A stretch of DNA of 64,000 nucleotides from contig JAQFVV010000008.1 of NCBI GenBank assembly GCA_028023455.1, positions 7,068,001 to 7,132,000 of the forward strand. The letters are read 5' to 3'. The notes below the pieces were generated by a model. That model saw only the letters and a list, made by a program, of their open reading frames with translations. It made no database searches and had not been told where the DNA came from. A program made the translations under genes and the position numbers. The stretch comes from Epiperipatus broadwayi (Eukaryota; Animalia; Onychophora). Positions 48,927-62,630 of this stretch are shown piece after piece (positions within the stretch are counted from its first letter, which is position 1; the number at the start of each line of letters is the position of its first letter).

Positions 48927-51626
48927 ATTGTAACAGTCATATATGTACATTCATGCAACAAAATCCAGAGTTTTGGCAAATTATACCAAGGCTGATCTAG
49001 ATGAGGGGTTGAGACCTCAAATCTGATTACACCTCAGCTCCTTCACCAACACTCCATGGTTTACTATCCTATGTATGAGATATATGAGGTTGCACTCGGA
49101 CACCTTTAGTTTGCATGCTGGCAGTAGCAAAGGGTGGAGCAAGAAACTCACGGAATGATAACTAATCAATAATAGTTTAACTAAACACACACATCTATAG
49201 CTGGCTAGATAATGCATATATTAATAAATGCTACTAAATTAAGAGTAGATTTGGATAAGATTTGGTAATGTATTGCGCATAACACAGGATAAATAATATA
49301 AAATACAAAAACTGCATCAGGATTTACATACACAGGTGTAGCAAGGTTAAGAATAAAATCTCATCTGATGCACTATAATTTAAAAAAGTTAATTATAAAT
49401 TTTATTAAACTATGATCTAATCATTGCCTTAATTATGGTATGCCACCTCTACGAGGTTTGCTACTAGTCAGATCCTATGAGAATGATGATCAACAGATAA
49501 ACTTAATCTATTCATATTATTTAATGAGCAACAACTGTGCTCTTTATGCAGATTACATTATATAAACCACATCTGAAGTTCAGATCAATGCTGAACAAAT
49601 AATATTATGGAGGGCAAATTGGCAATTTGTAGCATAATTTCCGAGACTATGGTGATACATAAAATAAATAAGAGATGCAGTCTGAATGTACAGTTACTCA
49701 TGGAATTCAGTGCCAAGTACTGTTTCTGTGGACCATATGACTTACTAAAATAAGTGAACATTCAGTTCGGGTGATTGGTGCAGCTTATATAACAATCTGA
49801 ACCCTCACGTTCCAGTTCTAAAAAGTGAGCTGTCTGAATGCAGTATAATGGGGTGGCTCTTAAAACCAAAGCCCATTTTAATAAAATATATATAGCAAGG
49901 TGTATACTGCATCTGTGTGCTTTATAAAGACACATTCATAACGCTTTCTAAATATTCAAGCACTAAATCTATAGTTTTAATCTGCAAAACTACTACATGC
50001 TCGTTCATAAATTAGCATACTTAAATCATTCTGAAAGGGAGAATTATAAGTGACCTAGTTTATCAAGTAAGACATATAGTTTATAAGAATAAAGTAAAGC
50101 ATATTTGGTACTTAGCTAACTAATTGTTTATAATACACTTTTAAATGTCATTCTCTCTATTATTTAACTAAATAGTCATTTAATATGCAAACCTGAATTA
50201 TGCTAAGCCAAAATATAGTAGCTTAACTAACATATATAAAAGTAGGTTTTCAGATCAGGGATTTATAAGTGTGCTAAAAAGCAACATAAATTAGCTACGT
50301 GAGAGCTTCTAATCACTTCTCCAAAATCATTAATATTATCGATCTCCGCTCTGAATAAAAGCATAACATAAATTAATGAATCAACAAAATAGAAAATAGA
50401 CATGACTGCAGATTAGTAAGACACAGATATATAATAATAACTGATTACAGTTATTATGTTTAGAAAATTATCAATTATGAATATTCATTTAGCAGGCAAG
50501 ATGCTTACAAAGATTATTATTATTAAATTAAAGTTACAGAATTTACTTGTTAAAAGTTAAAACAAGTTATTAATTATGAACGTTCAACATTTAACTGACT
50601 TTAGTACAAGTTATTAATTATGAACATTCAACATTTAACTGGCTTTAGAATTATGAATTAATTTAATAGTTTCGTTTTAATTTTATAGAACTCTGTGGAA
50701 GATATTTTACCAATCTTTTAGCTGATGTGTTTCATGGCATTTGACACTGGTTTTCTCCATTAGGCTAGCTTGTCCAATGTCTTCTTGGCAGGCTGTGGGT
50801 CTTGACCTCCTCCATCATCCTGAACCAATTTCCAAAAAGGAAGACAGCAGCTGGTTGCTGTCTACTCAATGGTTTTCATTGTAGAAAGAGTGAATGAATG
50901 AGTCAGTCTGAATTTTGGGTTTTTTTATACTGACTCTTTCTCAGCCATTAAGCTGTTTACAACTTTTGATTTTAAGTTTTAATAGCCAGCATAAATTTTA
51001 ACAAAAACAAAATATTTGCCTTAGTTACTGACAAATAGTGCTGGGTTAATGATTTTGTCTTTGTCTTTTTTTTTAACTTTATTTTTAAATCTTTAAAAAT
51101 TAGTTCTCAGTTTACAATTTAATGGGAGGTATTTCTGAGAAACCAATGACCTTGATTCTCTTTTTTTAAAAAAAAAGATTTAAGTTGTCAACATTCTGCT
51201 ATATGTATAAGACAGTCGCTCCTGAATTTAAGATTTATATGCAAATACAAACAAATTTATAAATTTAATAACTTAAAAGATGTAATTTAGAAAAGTTGTA
51301 ATGTTTACTAAATCTATCACATTACTGTTCCCTTCGTACATATACATAAGTGCACTCCTACACATACAACTATGTTTATAACTTATTTTAATTTAATCAT
51401 TTTAAAATTATGACTGTGTATACATTATAATTATATGCATACAGACATTAATATCACTATTAGATGTGCACAAATATTCTCACATACACAAATATATGCT
51501 ATTACATATCAAAATAAATTATTATAAGGTTATATACATGGACTGAAACAGGTTTGGTACCAAAGAAAATATACTACTATGAAACATAGTAGGTGAAACT
51601 GGATGATAAATAAATCATACTGTTTC
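48927..51626. repeat. ~2.7-kb duplicated segment, copy 1 (contains LINE APE-like remnants on minus strand)
   Basis: Colinear with 53880-56605 along its whole length. Minus strand has NWNVR (~49810), KPRRGGIP (~49450) and NHGVLVKEL...GLN. Confidence 0.85.
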
Positions 51627-51999
51627 ATATCATTAAAGTCACAAAAACAAAAAAAATTGACCCAAAAAAATGACATTACTTATAATTTTGATGCAATCAT
51701 GAATCAACCTTTTGCAAAAAAAACAAAAACAACTTAATTATATATATTGAATTAAAATTTTATCAATCTTGCCTATGAGATTTTCTGTTTGCACATTACT
51801 ATATCACTAGTTAAGTGTATCCAATGCCTAAAATGAAATACTAATAATCTACTAGATTAATAATAAAATACTATGAGATTAAATAATGAATAATTAAACA
51901 GATTTTGATACTGAATGACTAATAAAAATTATTATGTAACTACAAATATATTTATGTATTTACCTTGGGAAAAGGAAAACAGATTCCTAGACATAGCTA

Positions 52000-52790
52000 T
52001 CTAATTCAGGTAGGATGTGAGGGTTTTCTTTAAAAAGTTTCAGATTCTCAGAATGGTGTATTTCCACAATATTGCCCTGGTGTGTTACAGTCTTTGCCAT
52101 ATCATTCTGTCACATGGTATAGACTGAAGTATCCAGTGAACAAGCTCTGTCTACTCCTCAATGTGGGTTGGCATGACTGTTGGGTCTGAACTTACACCAG
52201 CTCTCCTTCTTTGAATGAATATAGGTCTTGCAGCTTAGGTCTCCCAGGTCCCTTTACTTCTATTCCCTTACAATGGACTCTTTTAGATTCATCTGTGCTC
52301 TTCACCCTGATGATGTCAATTTCTGGATCACCATTCTTTCCCACTAATGGTTTCCCTTCTAGTGACTACTGGCCCATCCTTATTTTCTATGGTTACCCTT
52401 GCCCTTTCTGCCACCAACTTGCGTTTAAGCTCGGAAATTTGCTGGTTATTTCCCATTTCTACTTTGGCCATGGCCTCTTGGTGTTTCCTCTGCATTTCTG
52501 TCATGGCCTGTTGGTGCTTGGTCTCCATTTTGCAGATACTCCTCTCCAATTTACAGTGGAGGACTCAGACGAGATCTCCCATGCTCTCTCGGGTGTATTG
52601 CTCATAATCAACCCCTTTGCTTTCCATATGCAAATCATCCACTCTTGGCTGCACTCCTATTATATTCATCTACTCTATCCATGTTGATCTTTTCTCCCTC
52701 ATAATAACCAATTTGCCATCTCCCCCACCAGAAAAACGGTCCAGAAAGTTACTGCCCTGCCATCAAAATTTATTCTTGTATCTAGCCTTA
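52000..52790 (-). pseudogene. Coiled-coil ORF remnant joined to a Gypsy integrase-like tail
   Basis: METKHQQAMTEMQRKHQEAMAKVEM..., then after a frameshift YSFKEGELV*V...SLFTGYFSLYHV (cf. F..GDLV........L...GP...V). Confidence 0.4.
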
Positions 52791-53251
52791 ACCCTTAATG
52801 CCTACCTATTTATTTACACCTTCAAATAATATATTATTTATCAGAAATAATAATAATAATAAAATCTTACCAAATCTCTCAGTTCATCACAGAGTTATTT
52901 TATAATTTTATTAATTCATGATTGCTAATGATTTGTGACTTTAAATTTTGATTCCAAGTACACATATAAATTAATCTTTCCTAATTATTCATGTGTTTGC
53001 AATTCAATCCAATTTCCAAATCCAAAAAAAAAATTTAATGGTGGGTCCTTATCAATTTTTCACTCTGATAACAAATTTATGTGAGAATGTCTCTAAATCT
53101 ATTGAGTCATTCTCAGGCCCAGTTATCAATAGGTGAGATATATGTATAATAATAATAATGAACCCCACACTTTACAATATGCATTATATGTGAAATTATT
53201 ATCAAGTCATAGTGTGCTAACTTTACATTTTAAAATTGATATAATTTCTAA

Positions 53252-53386
53252 GTCTCATATAGAAAAATATATAATAACCTGAATTATGATTAAGAAATTA
53301 TTTTACACCTGATTCAACGTCTCATATAGAAAAATATATAATAACCTGAATTATGATTAAGAAATTATTTCACACCCTGATTCATA
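53252..53386. repeat. 67-bp tandem duplication
   Basis: GTCTCATATAGAAAAAT at 53252 and 53319. Confidence 0.9.
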
Positions 53387-53424
53387 CAAATTGACATTTT
53401 CTCAGGGACTGTATTAGTTTTAAA

Positions 53425-53880
53425 TTGGCATGTCATACCCGAACAATGTTATTGTGCAACATGCAATTAGTTCAGGGTTGTAGAAAGTAATTGTAGTCTT
53501 CACATTTAGGCAAGCCATACCCAGGAACAAAATTATATATACTATTGAACTTGGCATGTCATACCCGAACAATATTATTGTGCAACATGCAATTAGTTCA
53601 GGGTTGTAGAAAGTAATTGTAGTCTTCACATTTAGGCAAGCCATACCCAGGAACAAAATTACATATACTATTGAAAGGAAAAAACCAATATGTATCTACC
53701 TTCCCTTTCTTTTCTTTTTTTGTGTGACAACATATAATTTGTTCAGAGCATTGAATTGTTAATGAAAGTCCCCATGTTTGGGCATCCATACCTGGGAAAA
53801 AATTACACATGTATTTTTGCCAACATGTATTCAGTTCAGGGCTGTTCATACTCAGGAAAAAAATTATCATATGTAATTGT
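53425..53880. repeat. 126-bp tandem repeat: two near-identical units plus degenerate sub-repeats
   Basis: TTGGCATGTCATACCCGAAC at 53425 and 53551. CATAC[C/T]..GGAAAAAA-type motifs continue to ~53880. Confidence 0.85.
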
Positions 53881-56605
53881 CATATTTGTACATTCATGCA
53901 ACAAAATCCAGAGTTTTGGCAAATTATACCAAGGCTGATCTAGATGAGGAATTGAGACCTTGAATCCAATCACACCTCAGCTCCTTCAATGCTCCAAGAT
54001 TTACTACCTTATGAATGACATATATGAGGCTACACTTGGACTCTTTTAATTTGCATGCGGGCAGCAAATGGTGTAGGAAAAGACACAGGGAATAATGACT
54101 AATCAACAATAGTTCAATTAAATGCACACACCTATGGCTTGCTAGATAATGCATATATTAATAATTAACACTAATATTAGAGTAGATTTGAATAAGATTT
54201 GGTAATGAATTGTGAATAACACACTAAATGTTTTTAAGTTTAAAATATTTAATTGTGAAAATATAAGATAAATAATACAAAAACTGCATCAGGATTTACA
54301 CAGACAGGTGTAGCAATGATGAGCAAGTTTGAGAATAAAATCTCATCTGATGCACCATAATTTAAAAGAGTTAATTATAAATTTTATTAATCTACAGTCT
54401 AATCATTGCTTTAATTATGGTATGCCACCCCTATGAGATTTGCTAATAGTCAAATCCTATGAGAATGATGACTAACAAATATACTTAATCTATTAACATT
54501 ATGTAATGAGCAATAAATGTGCTCTTTATGCAGATTGCATTATATAAACTAGATCTGAGGTTCAGATTAATGCTGAATGAATAATATTATGGAGGGCGAA
54601 CTGGCAATTTGTAGTATAACTTCTGAGACTATGGCACTACATAAAACAAATAAGAGATGTGGCCTGAATGTGCAGGTACTCATGGGATTGAGTACCAAAT
54701 ACTCGATTCCCATAGACTATACAACTTGCTATTTTAAATACTTGAACCTTTAGTTTGGGTGATCAGAGCAGCTTATGTAACTATCTGGACTCTCATGTTC
54801 CTGTTCTAAAATGTGAGCTGTCCGAACTAAGAATAATGGGGTGGCCCTTAGAACCAAACCCCATTTTAATAATATATATATAGCAAGGTGTATACTGCAT
54901 CTGTGTGCTTTATAAAGACATTTCATAACACTTTTTAAATATATGTATTAAAGTTAATCAAGCCCTAAATCTATCATTTCAATTTGCAAAACTACTATAT
55001 GCCAATTTGTAAATTAGCATACTTAAATCTTGCTAAAAGGAAGTAATTAAAAGTGATCTAGTCTATCAAATAATTCATATAGTTTATACGAAGGAGAAGT
55101 GAAACATACTTGGGACTTAATTAACTAATTGTTTATAATATGCTTTAAAATATTCTCTCTATTATTTAAATAAATATATACATTTAATATGCAAACCTGA
55201 ATTACGCTAAGCCAAAACATAGTAGCTTAACTAACATATATATAAAATTAGGTTTTCAGATTGGAGATTTATAGGTGTGCTAAAAAGCAATATAAATTAA
55301 CTACATGAGAGCTTCTAATCATCTCTCCAAAATTATCAATATTATCATTCTCCATTCTGAATAAAGGCATAACAAATTAATGAATCAACAATATAGAAAA
55401 TAGGCATGACTGCAGATTAGCAAGATACAGCTATAATAATAATAATAATAACTGATTACAGTTATTATGATAAGAAAATTATCAATTATAAATATTCATT
55501 TAGCAGGTAAGTTGCTTACAAAGATTATTATTATTAAAGTTACAGAATTTACTTGTTAAAAGTTATTACAAATTATTAATTATGAAAGTTCCACATTTAG
55601 CTAGCTTTAGAATTTCTGAATTAATTTAATAGTTTAGTTTTAATTTTATAGAGCTTTGTGGAAAGAAATTTACTGATCTTCTTCTAGCTGAGGTGCTTCA
55701 TGACATTTTGCACTGGCATTCTTCATTAGGCTGGCTTGTGCGATGTCTTCTTGGCAGGATGTTAGTCTTAAATTCCACCATCATCTTGGACCAATTTTTG
55801 AAAAGAAAGATGGCAGCTTGTTGCTCTCTACACAATGGTTTTCATTGTAGAAAGAATGAATGAATGAGTCAGTCTGAATTTTGGGGTTTGTTATACTGTC
55901 TCTTTCTCATTCCCCCTCACAAGCCATTAAGTTGTTTACAACTTTTGATTTTCAATTTTAAGTTTTAATAGCCACCATAAATTTTAACAAAAACAAAAGA
56001 TCTGGCTTAGTTACTGACAAATAGTGCTAGGTTAATGATTTTGTTTTTGTCTTTTTTTAACTTTATTTTTAAATCTTTAAAAATTGATTCTCAGTTTACA
56101 ATTGAATGGGAGGTATTTTGAGAAACCGATGATCTTGATTCTCTTTTTTTTTTTAAAAAAAAAAAAAAGATTTAAGTTCTCAACATTCTGTTATATGTAT
56201 AAGATAGTCACTCCTGAATTTAAGATTTATATGTGAATACAAACAAATTTATAAATTTAATAACTTAAAAGATATAATTTAGAAAAGTTGTAATGTTTAA
56301 TATATCTATCACATTACAGTTCCCTTCACATATATGCATAGGTGCACTCCTACACATACAATAATGTTTACAACTTATTTTAATTTAATAATTTTAAAAT
56401 TATGACTGCATATACATTATAATTATATGCACACAGACATTAATATTACTATTAGATGTGCACACTTATCCGCACATGTAAATATATGCTATTACATATC
56501 AAAATAAATTATTATATATGTGGTCCAGGAAAGGTTTGAACCAGAGAAAATATACTACTATGACACATAGGTGAAACTGGATGATAAATAAATCATACTG
56601 TTTCA
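53880..56605. repeat. ~2.7-kb duplicated segment, copy 2
   Basis: Same start (GTCATAT.TGTACATTCATGCAAC) and end (AATCATACTGTTTCA) as copy 1, with scattered substitutions and indels. Confidence 0.85.
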
Positions 56606-57276
56606 CTATAAAGATTTATAATTTCAAATAATATCCTCTTGAACTCTCACAAACTTTATTGAGAAATGTCCAACTATAATCATAGGAATAAAAACTTCAT
56701 ATACTACAGGTACAGGCATGTTCTTTTTTTTGTTATATATTATTGGTTGCAATCTCTACCCCCCCCCTCAAAGAGAGATATACTATATTACAGATATTCT
56801 CTCTTTTTCTCATTATTATTATTGTAATGCACTTGCAAGTTTATTGCACTTATTTGCAATATTTTAGAATGTTATATATGGACAGAAGTTTATTTACATA
56901 TATCTGATAGTATTGTATGTTGTATATTAGATTCACTCATATGCAAGAATCTTTATATACGAATCAATGTACAATGGGCAGGGCAGGAGATATTCATGAT
57001 ACAAATTGCACAGACCAACATTTACAAAAGCAAATTTTTTTTATATATATATTTTTTTAATAAAAGATAGTGAAGTATAAAAAACTGTTTATTAATTTCT
57101 GGGATTTTTCTTCATTAAAAAATTAAAGATCCAAAATATTTAAGAAAGTCAAAGAATTAATATTTTTAATAAGTTTATTCTTTAACTGAATCCATCTTAT
57201 TATTTTTGTTTTAGTAATCTAGCAGCCATTGAGTCAAGGTTCTTTTTTTAGTTGTTTATATATTATAAATATCTCT

Positions 57277-57345
57277 TGGCATAAAGGTTAATGCATTTGT
57301 CTGAAAAAACCAAATCCTGGATTTGAGTCTTGGTTGAGTGAATCT
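57277..57345 (+). mobile_element. Degenerate tRNA-derived SINE head
   Basis: TGGCATAAAGGTTAATGCA (A-box-like) and CCTGGATTTGAGTCTTGG (B-box-like) at tRNA spacing. Confidence 0.4.
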
Positions 57346-57768
57346 TGAAACTGTTTCAGACTATTCACAAGCTTAGAATTATTATTTTTTCATATAGAAT
57401 AGTCAATAGTTAATATAGTTACACATTAAGCAGAGATTAATAATTGGATATGTAGCTGTTTTTAAGTGGAGAGTAAAGATTCAATGATAAACTGGATTAA
57501 TTAGGTAAAAATATCAATGCACTGATTGTAAAAATAAAATAAAATATAATTGTAATACAATATAGCCTTTTTGTTGAAGGGGTTGTCTTCAGTGCTGAAT
57601 CCATGGCTACATTTTTTTTTTGTCTTTATGTATTTTCTTCATCAAATCTCCATTAAACTAAACATTATTTAATTATTATTTAGTCATATTTGCAACAGAA
57701 TTGAATACTTTTTATCTTTAAACTTAATATTTTATTAGGTACTTTGGTATTAAACCTGTGATGTTCAC

Positions 57769-58080
57769 AACAACTCTTGGAATGATGATTGACGCTCATT
57801 GTTGGGAAGATAGCAGACTTCTCACATCCACATTGACTCTTGGAGTGATGATTGGTGCACACAATTGAAAGAAAACAAATGTGTGAAAATGTGTATTTCC
57901 TTACAACGACTCTTGGAACGATGATTGATGCTCGATGTTGGGGAGATAGAAGACTTCTCACATCCACAGTGACTCCTGGAACAAATCAACAATTGGCACT
58001 CACAATTGAAAGAAAGTAATTTGTAACAAAAATGTGAAAATGTCATGTCGCAATGATGAATGACCAATGGTGCTCACAAT
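57769..58080. repeat. 134-bp tandem repeat in Merlin 5' region
   Basis: ACAAC[A/G]ACTCTTGGAA at 57769 and 57903. Confidence 0.85.
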
Positions 58081-58256
58081 TGTATAATCATAGAGAAAAG
58101 TGTCAAAATGTGTCTTTCCTTATCAGTGCAATCTTGTGAGTTAATGTCACATTAGATTGCTCTGTGCTTTCTGAGAGATTGTTCTGTGCTTACTGATTTT
58201 TATTCAGATTTCTGTGTGTTTTTTAGTTTTATTGAAATTTCTGAGAGATTTTTAAA

Positions 58257-59130
58257 ATGATGAATATATGGAAATTACCTACAACTGAAATTGAAGCAAT
58301 CAAGTATTTCCAAGAGCAAAGCATACTGCCATTGGTGAAAGTCTGTCCAAATGGACATAATATGGTCTTGTATGTTCATATGTCAGACAAACAATGGCAT
58401 TGCAATGTCCGAGGCTGTGACTAAAAAAATTGGTCTAAGGAAACAGACATGGCCGGAAGACTCTTGAATTCCTATTCTAACTGCAATATGGTTCATTTAT
58501 AGCTGGTCACAGAAACTAACATCAATCGAATGGGGAGAACATAAGCTCGGTTTGGAAAGTAAACAGTCATTGATAGAAACAATTATATGAGAGAAATTTG
58601 CACAATGGCTATGTTAAATCATGTATTTCGCAAAATTGGAGGACCAAACAAAATAGTGGAAATAGTTGAAAACTTATTCTCTAGAAGGAAAAATCATGCA
58701 GGCTGAATACTCCCAGAACAATGGATGTTTGGTGGATTATGTCACGAAATAGACAAATGTTTCATTATCCAAATCGAAGATCAGACAGTAAAACTCTAAT
58801 GGAAGCCACTCAAAGGAATGTTGAAGAGGGTTCAACAATATATTCTGATTGTTGGAAGGCTTATAAAACAGAAGAAATACTTGAAGCCAGTTATGATCAC
58901 TTCCAAGTAAATATGCCTACAATTTTGTAAATCCGGGCACTGGAGTGCACACCCAAAATATTGAGAGACTGTGGGGTTCCACCAAATGGAGGAACAAGCA
59001 TCACCAAGGCACAGTGAGACAACACCTCGACTCATACGTAGCGGAGTTTATGTGGCAGAGAATTTACAAAAATGAGGACATTTTCCTGGCAATATTGAAC
59101 AATATGAGGGAAATATTTCCCCCAGGATAA
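58257..59130 (+). pseudogene. Merlin DDE transposase, frameshifted
   Basis: VCPNGHNM..WHCNVRGC zinc finger, VEIVENLFSRRKNHAG*ILPEQWMFGGLC (first catalytic D replaced by V), IYSDCWKAY, HTQNIERLWG..HLDSYVAEFMW. Confidence 0.92.
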
Positions 59131-59349
59131 TTTTATAGTAGTCTATGTGTTTCATTTGTTTTAATTTTTCCAAAAAAAAAAAATTTTTTATGTGAAATAT
59201 CAAAATCCTGGCATTCTTTTCAATCACGTGCCAAAAATGTTAGCAGGTGTCCATTTTGGACCTATGTAGAAGACGTTCAAATAACTGGATTTCCCTGTTG
59301 AATATTTCATGGTAAGTATCACAAAAATGTAATTAATCCATTTGTATAA

Positions 59350-61130
59350 AAAGTCGTTAAAAATTAAGGGCATTTGAGTTTGTTTCATAGGTTTTCCAAT
59401 TACAAATTAAAAATGGCAATGGCGTCACATTTGCTTTTTGAAAACCAAAATGTACTGTTTTTAATAATTTCAGTTCGACTTTGAAATTTCCACAATATTT
59501 AGGCATTTCATGTACATTTAGTACACTATTTGTCTGCATTTGGTAAATTAATTTAAAAATTAAGGTTATTTTATAGTTTCTCCTATATTTTTTAATTAGA
59601 ATTTTTTACCAATAGTGGCATGGGTTTTTGGGGGGGATTTTAGATGTACTTGTATTGCTTTTTTTTTTACATTTTGTAAAATATATACTACATTTTTTGT
59701 TAAAAATCTTGCACTATTTCTTTGAATTCCATTGCATTTTCACTACAATATTACCTTGATTTCTCAATAATCATGTACTGAATATATTCTACATCTTTTG
59801 TTAAAAATCTTGCAATATTAAAACCGTGGTCAATGGTATCTATCACCTTTGTTGTTGTTCTTTTTATGGAGGGGTGTGTGTGTGCATCATTTTTACAATT
59901 TTTTAGATTTACTCATATTTTTTGTTTTAAAATGTCATATTTTTTTAAATTTTGTACAATATTTGTTTGAATTTCACTACAATATTACCCTGATTTTTTA
60001 TTAATCATCTACTGAATATATACTATTATTTATTGTTAAAAATCTTCCATAATATTGCAATATTAAAACCATAGTCAATGGCGTCGCATTTGCTGTTTCT
60101 TTTTTTTTGGGGGGAGGGGGGATGCATCATTTTAAAAAAAAATTAGATTTACTCTTTCTTTTTTTTTAAATTTCTTTTTTTTTTTTGTTTAAATTTTGTA
60201 CAATATCATTTGAGGTTATTTTGTAGGTTTTCCAATTACAAATTAAAAATGGCAATGATGTCACATTTGCTTTTTGAAAATAAAAACGTATTTTTTTTTT
60301 AATAATTTCAGTATGATTTTTGAAATTTGCACAATATCTAGGTATTTCATGTATATTTAGTACAGTATTTGTCTGAATTTGGTAAATTTACTTAAAAATT
60401 AAGGTTATTCTATGTTTCTCCTACTTTTTTTAATTAGAAATTTCTACCAATAATTGTCGTTTTTTTTTGATTTTTAGATTTATTCTTTTTTTTTTTAATT
60501 TCGTACTTTTTTGTTTAAATTTGTATAATATTTGTTTGAATTTCACTACAATATTACCCTGATTTTTCAATAATTATCTACTGAATATATACTATTATTT
60601 ATTGTTAAAAATCTTCCATAATATTGCAATACTAAAACCATGGTCAATGGTGTCACATTTGCTGTTTTTTTTTTTGGGGGGGGGGATGCGTCGTTTTTAA
60701 AAGTTTTAGATTTATTTCATCATTTTTAAAAGTTTTTAGATTTATTTCATCATTTTAAAAAGTTTTTTAGATTTACTCGTATTTTTTTTCCAAATTTTGT
60801 ACAATATTTGTTTGAATTTCACTACAATATTACCTTGATTTCTCAATAATCATCTACTGAATATACACTACATTTTTTTTAAAAAAATCTTCAAAAATAT
60901 TGAAATATCTAAAACCATCAATGGCGTCACGTTTGCTGTTTTTTTTTTTTTTGGAAATGCGTCATTTTTAAATGTTTTCAGATTTACTAGTATTTTTTTT
61001 TTATAAATGTTGTCCAATATTTGTTTGAATTTCACTACAATATTACCTTGATTTCTCAATAATCATCTACTGAATATACACTACATTTTTTGTTAAAAAT
61101 CTTGCAATATTTCTTTGAATTCCATTGTAT
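59350..61130. repeat. Complex AT-rich tandem array inside Merlin 3' region
   Basis: TTTCACTACAATATTACC.TGATT recurs five times (~59740, 59970, 60540, 60817, 61031). 59375-59620 is repeated at 60215-60450. Confidence 0.9.
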
Positions 61131-61166
61131 TATGTGTTACTATTTTTTAGAATGTACTTATTTTTA

Positions 61167-61395
61167 GAGCTGCGACACGGAGCATGTATTAGACCTGTTG
61201 GGCCTATTGACATTTGTATCAACTACCTCCCAATAACTTTGAAGATGTTGCCAAAAGAGCTGTGTACATGTCCTTTTTTGTTTTTTGAGAAAGAGTAGTG
61301 TACACATCATTTTGATGACATCACAAAGTCGTCAGTGGATTGATATGAATGTCAACAGGTCCAGTGGGTCTAATACATGCTCCATGTCACAGCTC
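61167..61395. mobile_element. 229-bp MITE with TA duplication inserted in the Merlin right TIR
   Basis: TIRs of ~55 bp, GAGCTGCGACACGGAGCATGTATTAGACC... and ...GGTCTAATACATGCTCCATGTCACAGCTC. TA at 61165-61166 and 61396-61397. Confidence 0.9.
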
Positions 61396-61789
61396 TAATA
61401 CCAAATTACCTTTTATTACTTTAGAATTCTAAATAATGCAATGGTAATCATAAAAATTCTTTATAGTTTATCACATGAGACTGTTTTTACAAAAACATTA
61501 ATTATTTAAAAATTCCTTGCAGTTCTAATTAAATTTTAAAAATAAAACTCAAAGCTCATTGGGCAAGTTGATTAATCAGACAGATAACAAATGATAACAC
61601 TTGATGACCCTCAGTCATAGTTTGCCAGTGACTGTCACCTTTTGGGATAGCATATAATTGAAGTTGAGTATTTAAAACTACTTTTTAGCTCTATTATATC
61701 AACTCAGCTTTTTAACATAGTTTTAATGTATATGATGAATTTTGACATTTTAATTTATGTGCAGACTAAATAATCTAAAATTACTATTA

Positions 61790-62630
61790 AAATATTCAGA
61801 GGACCTCACTCATTGCCAACATCCTACAAAAGACTGGCTTTGTTATACCATCCATCAGCAGCAAACTAAAGTACTGGGAGGTTTTCAATCAGACTGCAGA
61901 CTTCTCCATTGTGTCCCCTACATTTCTCAAACTTACCAATGCTCAATTAATCCACAAATTCAAAAGGTGGTCCCTTGAGGCAAAATTCCTCAATTTCCTC
62001 CTCAAAATCAATCTTCACTCCCTTCCCACAAATCAATTTTTGGTCAACTGTAGGGGTTTCACCAAGATCTCTCCTGTATGCTAGCTCTGTAAAACTGACA
62101 ATTAAACTCTCCAGCACTTCCTACTTAAATGTTCATTTCTGCTTGGTGTGAGAAATGTCATCAATCCTGCCTTTCCTCCGCACAGGAATACCATCTTTAA
62201 CCTCCAAGAATCCATAGAAACAGGGGTCTTCTCAGCTATTAGACTATCAGTTTTCCTCATCTATGCTCTCTGGTTGCTTATCTTTGACCAGAGAGCACCC
62301 TCAGTGAAACAAAAGCTCTTGGACCTAATTCACTCTCTCAAAACCAGAGATACTAAACTAGCCCCATCTCCACTCCACACAGACACTTGGCAATCCTCCA
62401 ATTCCCATACCCTGTCATAGGACTCAATCACGAAGACATGCATTTCAGACCACCTGGACTACACACCATTTCCCCTTTCCACTTCCCATTCCCTTTTCAC
62501 ATGTATCCTTTCCCTCTTACCATGTTGTTTCTGAAATTTCAATTTATTTTATAATCACTCCCTTGTAAACCTTTTTCTAATTGTATCTACATTTTTTTTT
62601 TGATGAATAAACATCACTGAGAAAAAAATA
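61790..62630 (+). mobile_element. 5'-truncated L1/Tx1-like LINE related to 11470-14605
   Basis: FLLKINLHSLPTNQFLVNCRG and C*LCKTDN*TLQHFLLKC (CCHC) align with 13700-13870. AATAAA and an A-run at the 3' end. Confidence 0.8.

Larger units (their letters stand above)
57738..61410 (+). mobile_element. Full-length Merlin (IS1016/ISXO2-like) DNA transposon
   Basis: Left TIR GGTACTTTGGTATTAAA. Right TIR is TTTAATACCAAATTACC once the MITE is removed (16/17 match). Perfect 8-bp TSD TTTTATTA at 57730-57737 and 61411-61418. Confidence 0.92.

Noticed and set aside
53425-53680. 126-bp and 134-bp (57769) repeats as CRISPR-like arrays
   Set aside because: Whole units are duplicated with no unique spacers, there are no cas genes, and the context is eukaryotic.
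48927-56605. The 2.7-kb repeats as LTRs of one retroelement
   Set aside because: No TG..CA ends, PBS, PPT or TSD, and the repeats themselves contain LINE APE remnants.
58257-59130. Bacterial IS1595/IS1016 contamination
   Set aside because: The element is embedded with a TSD in eukaryotic repeats, carries a nested MITE and shows CpG-type decay (CGA to TGA); it is a Merlin element.
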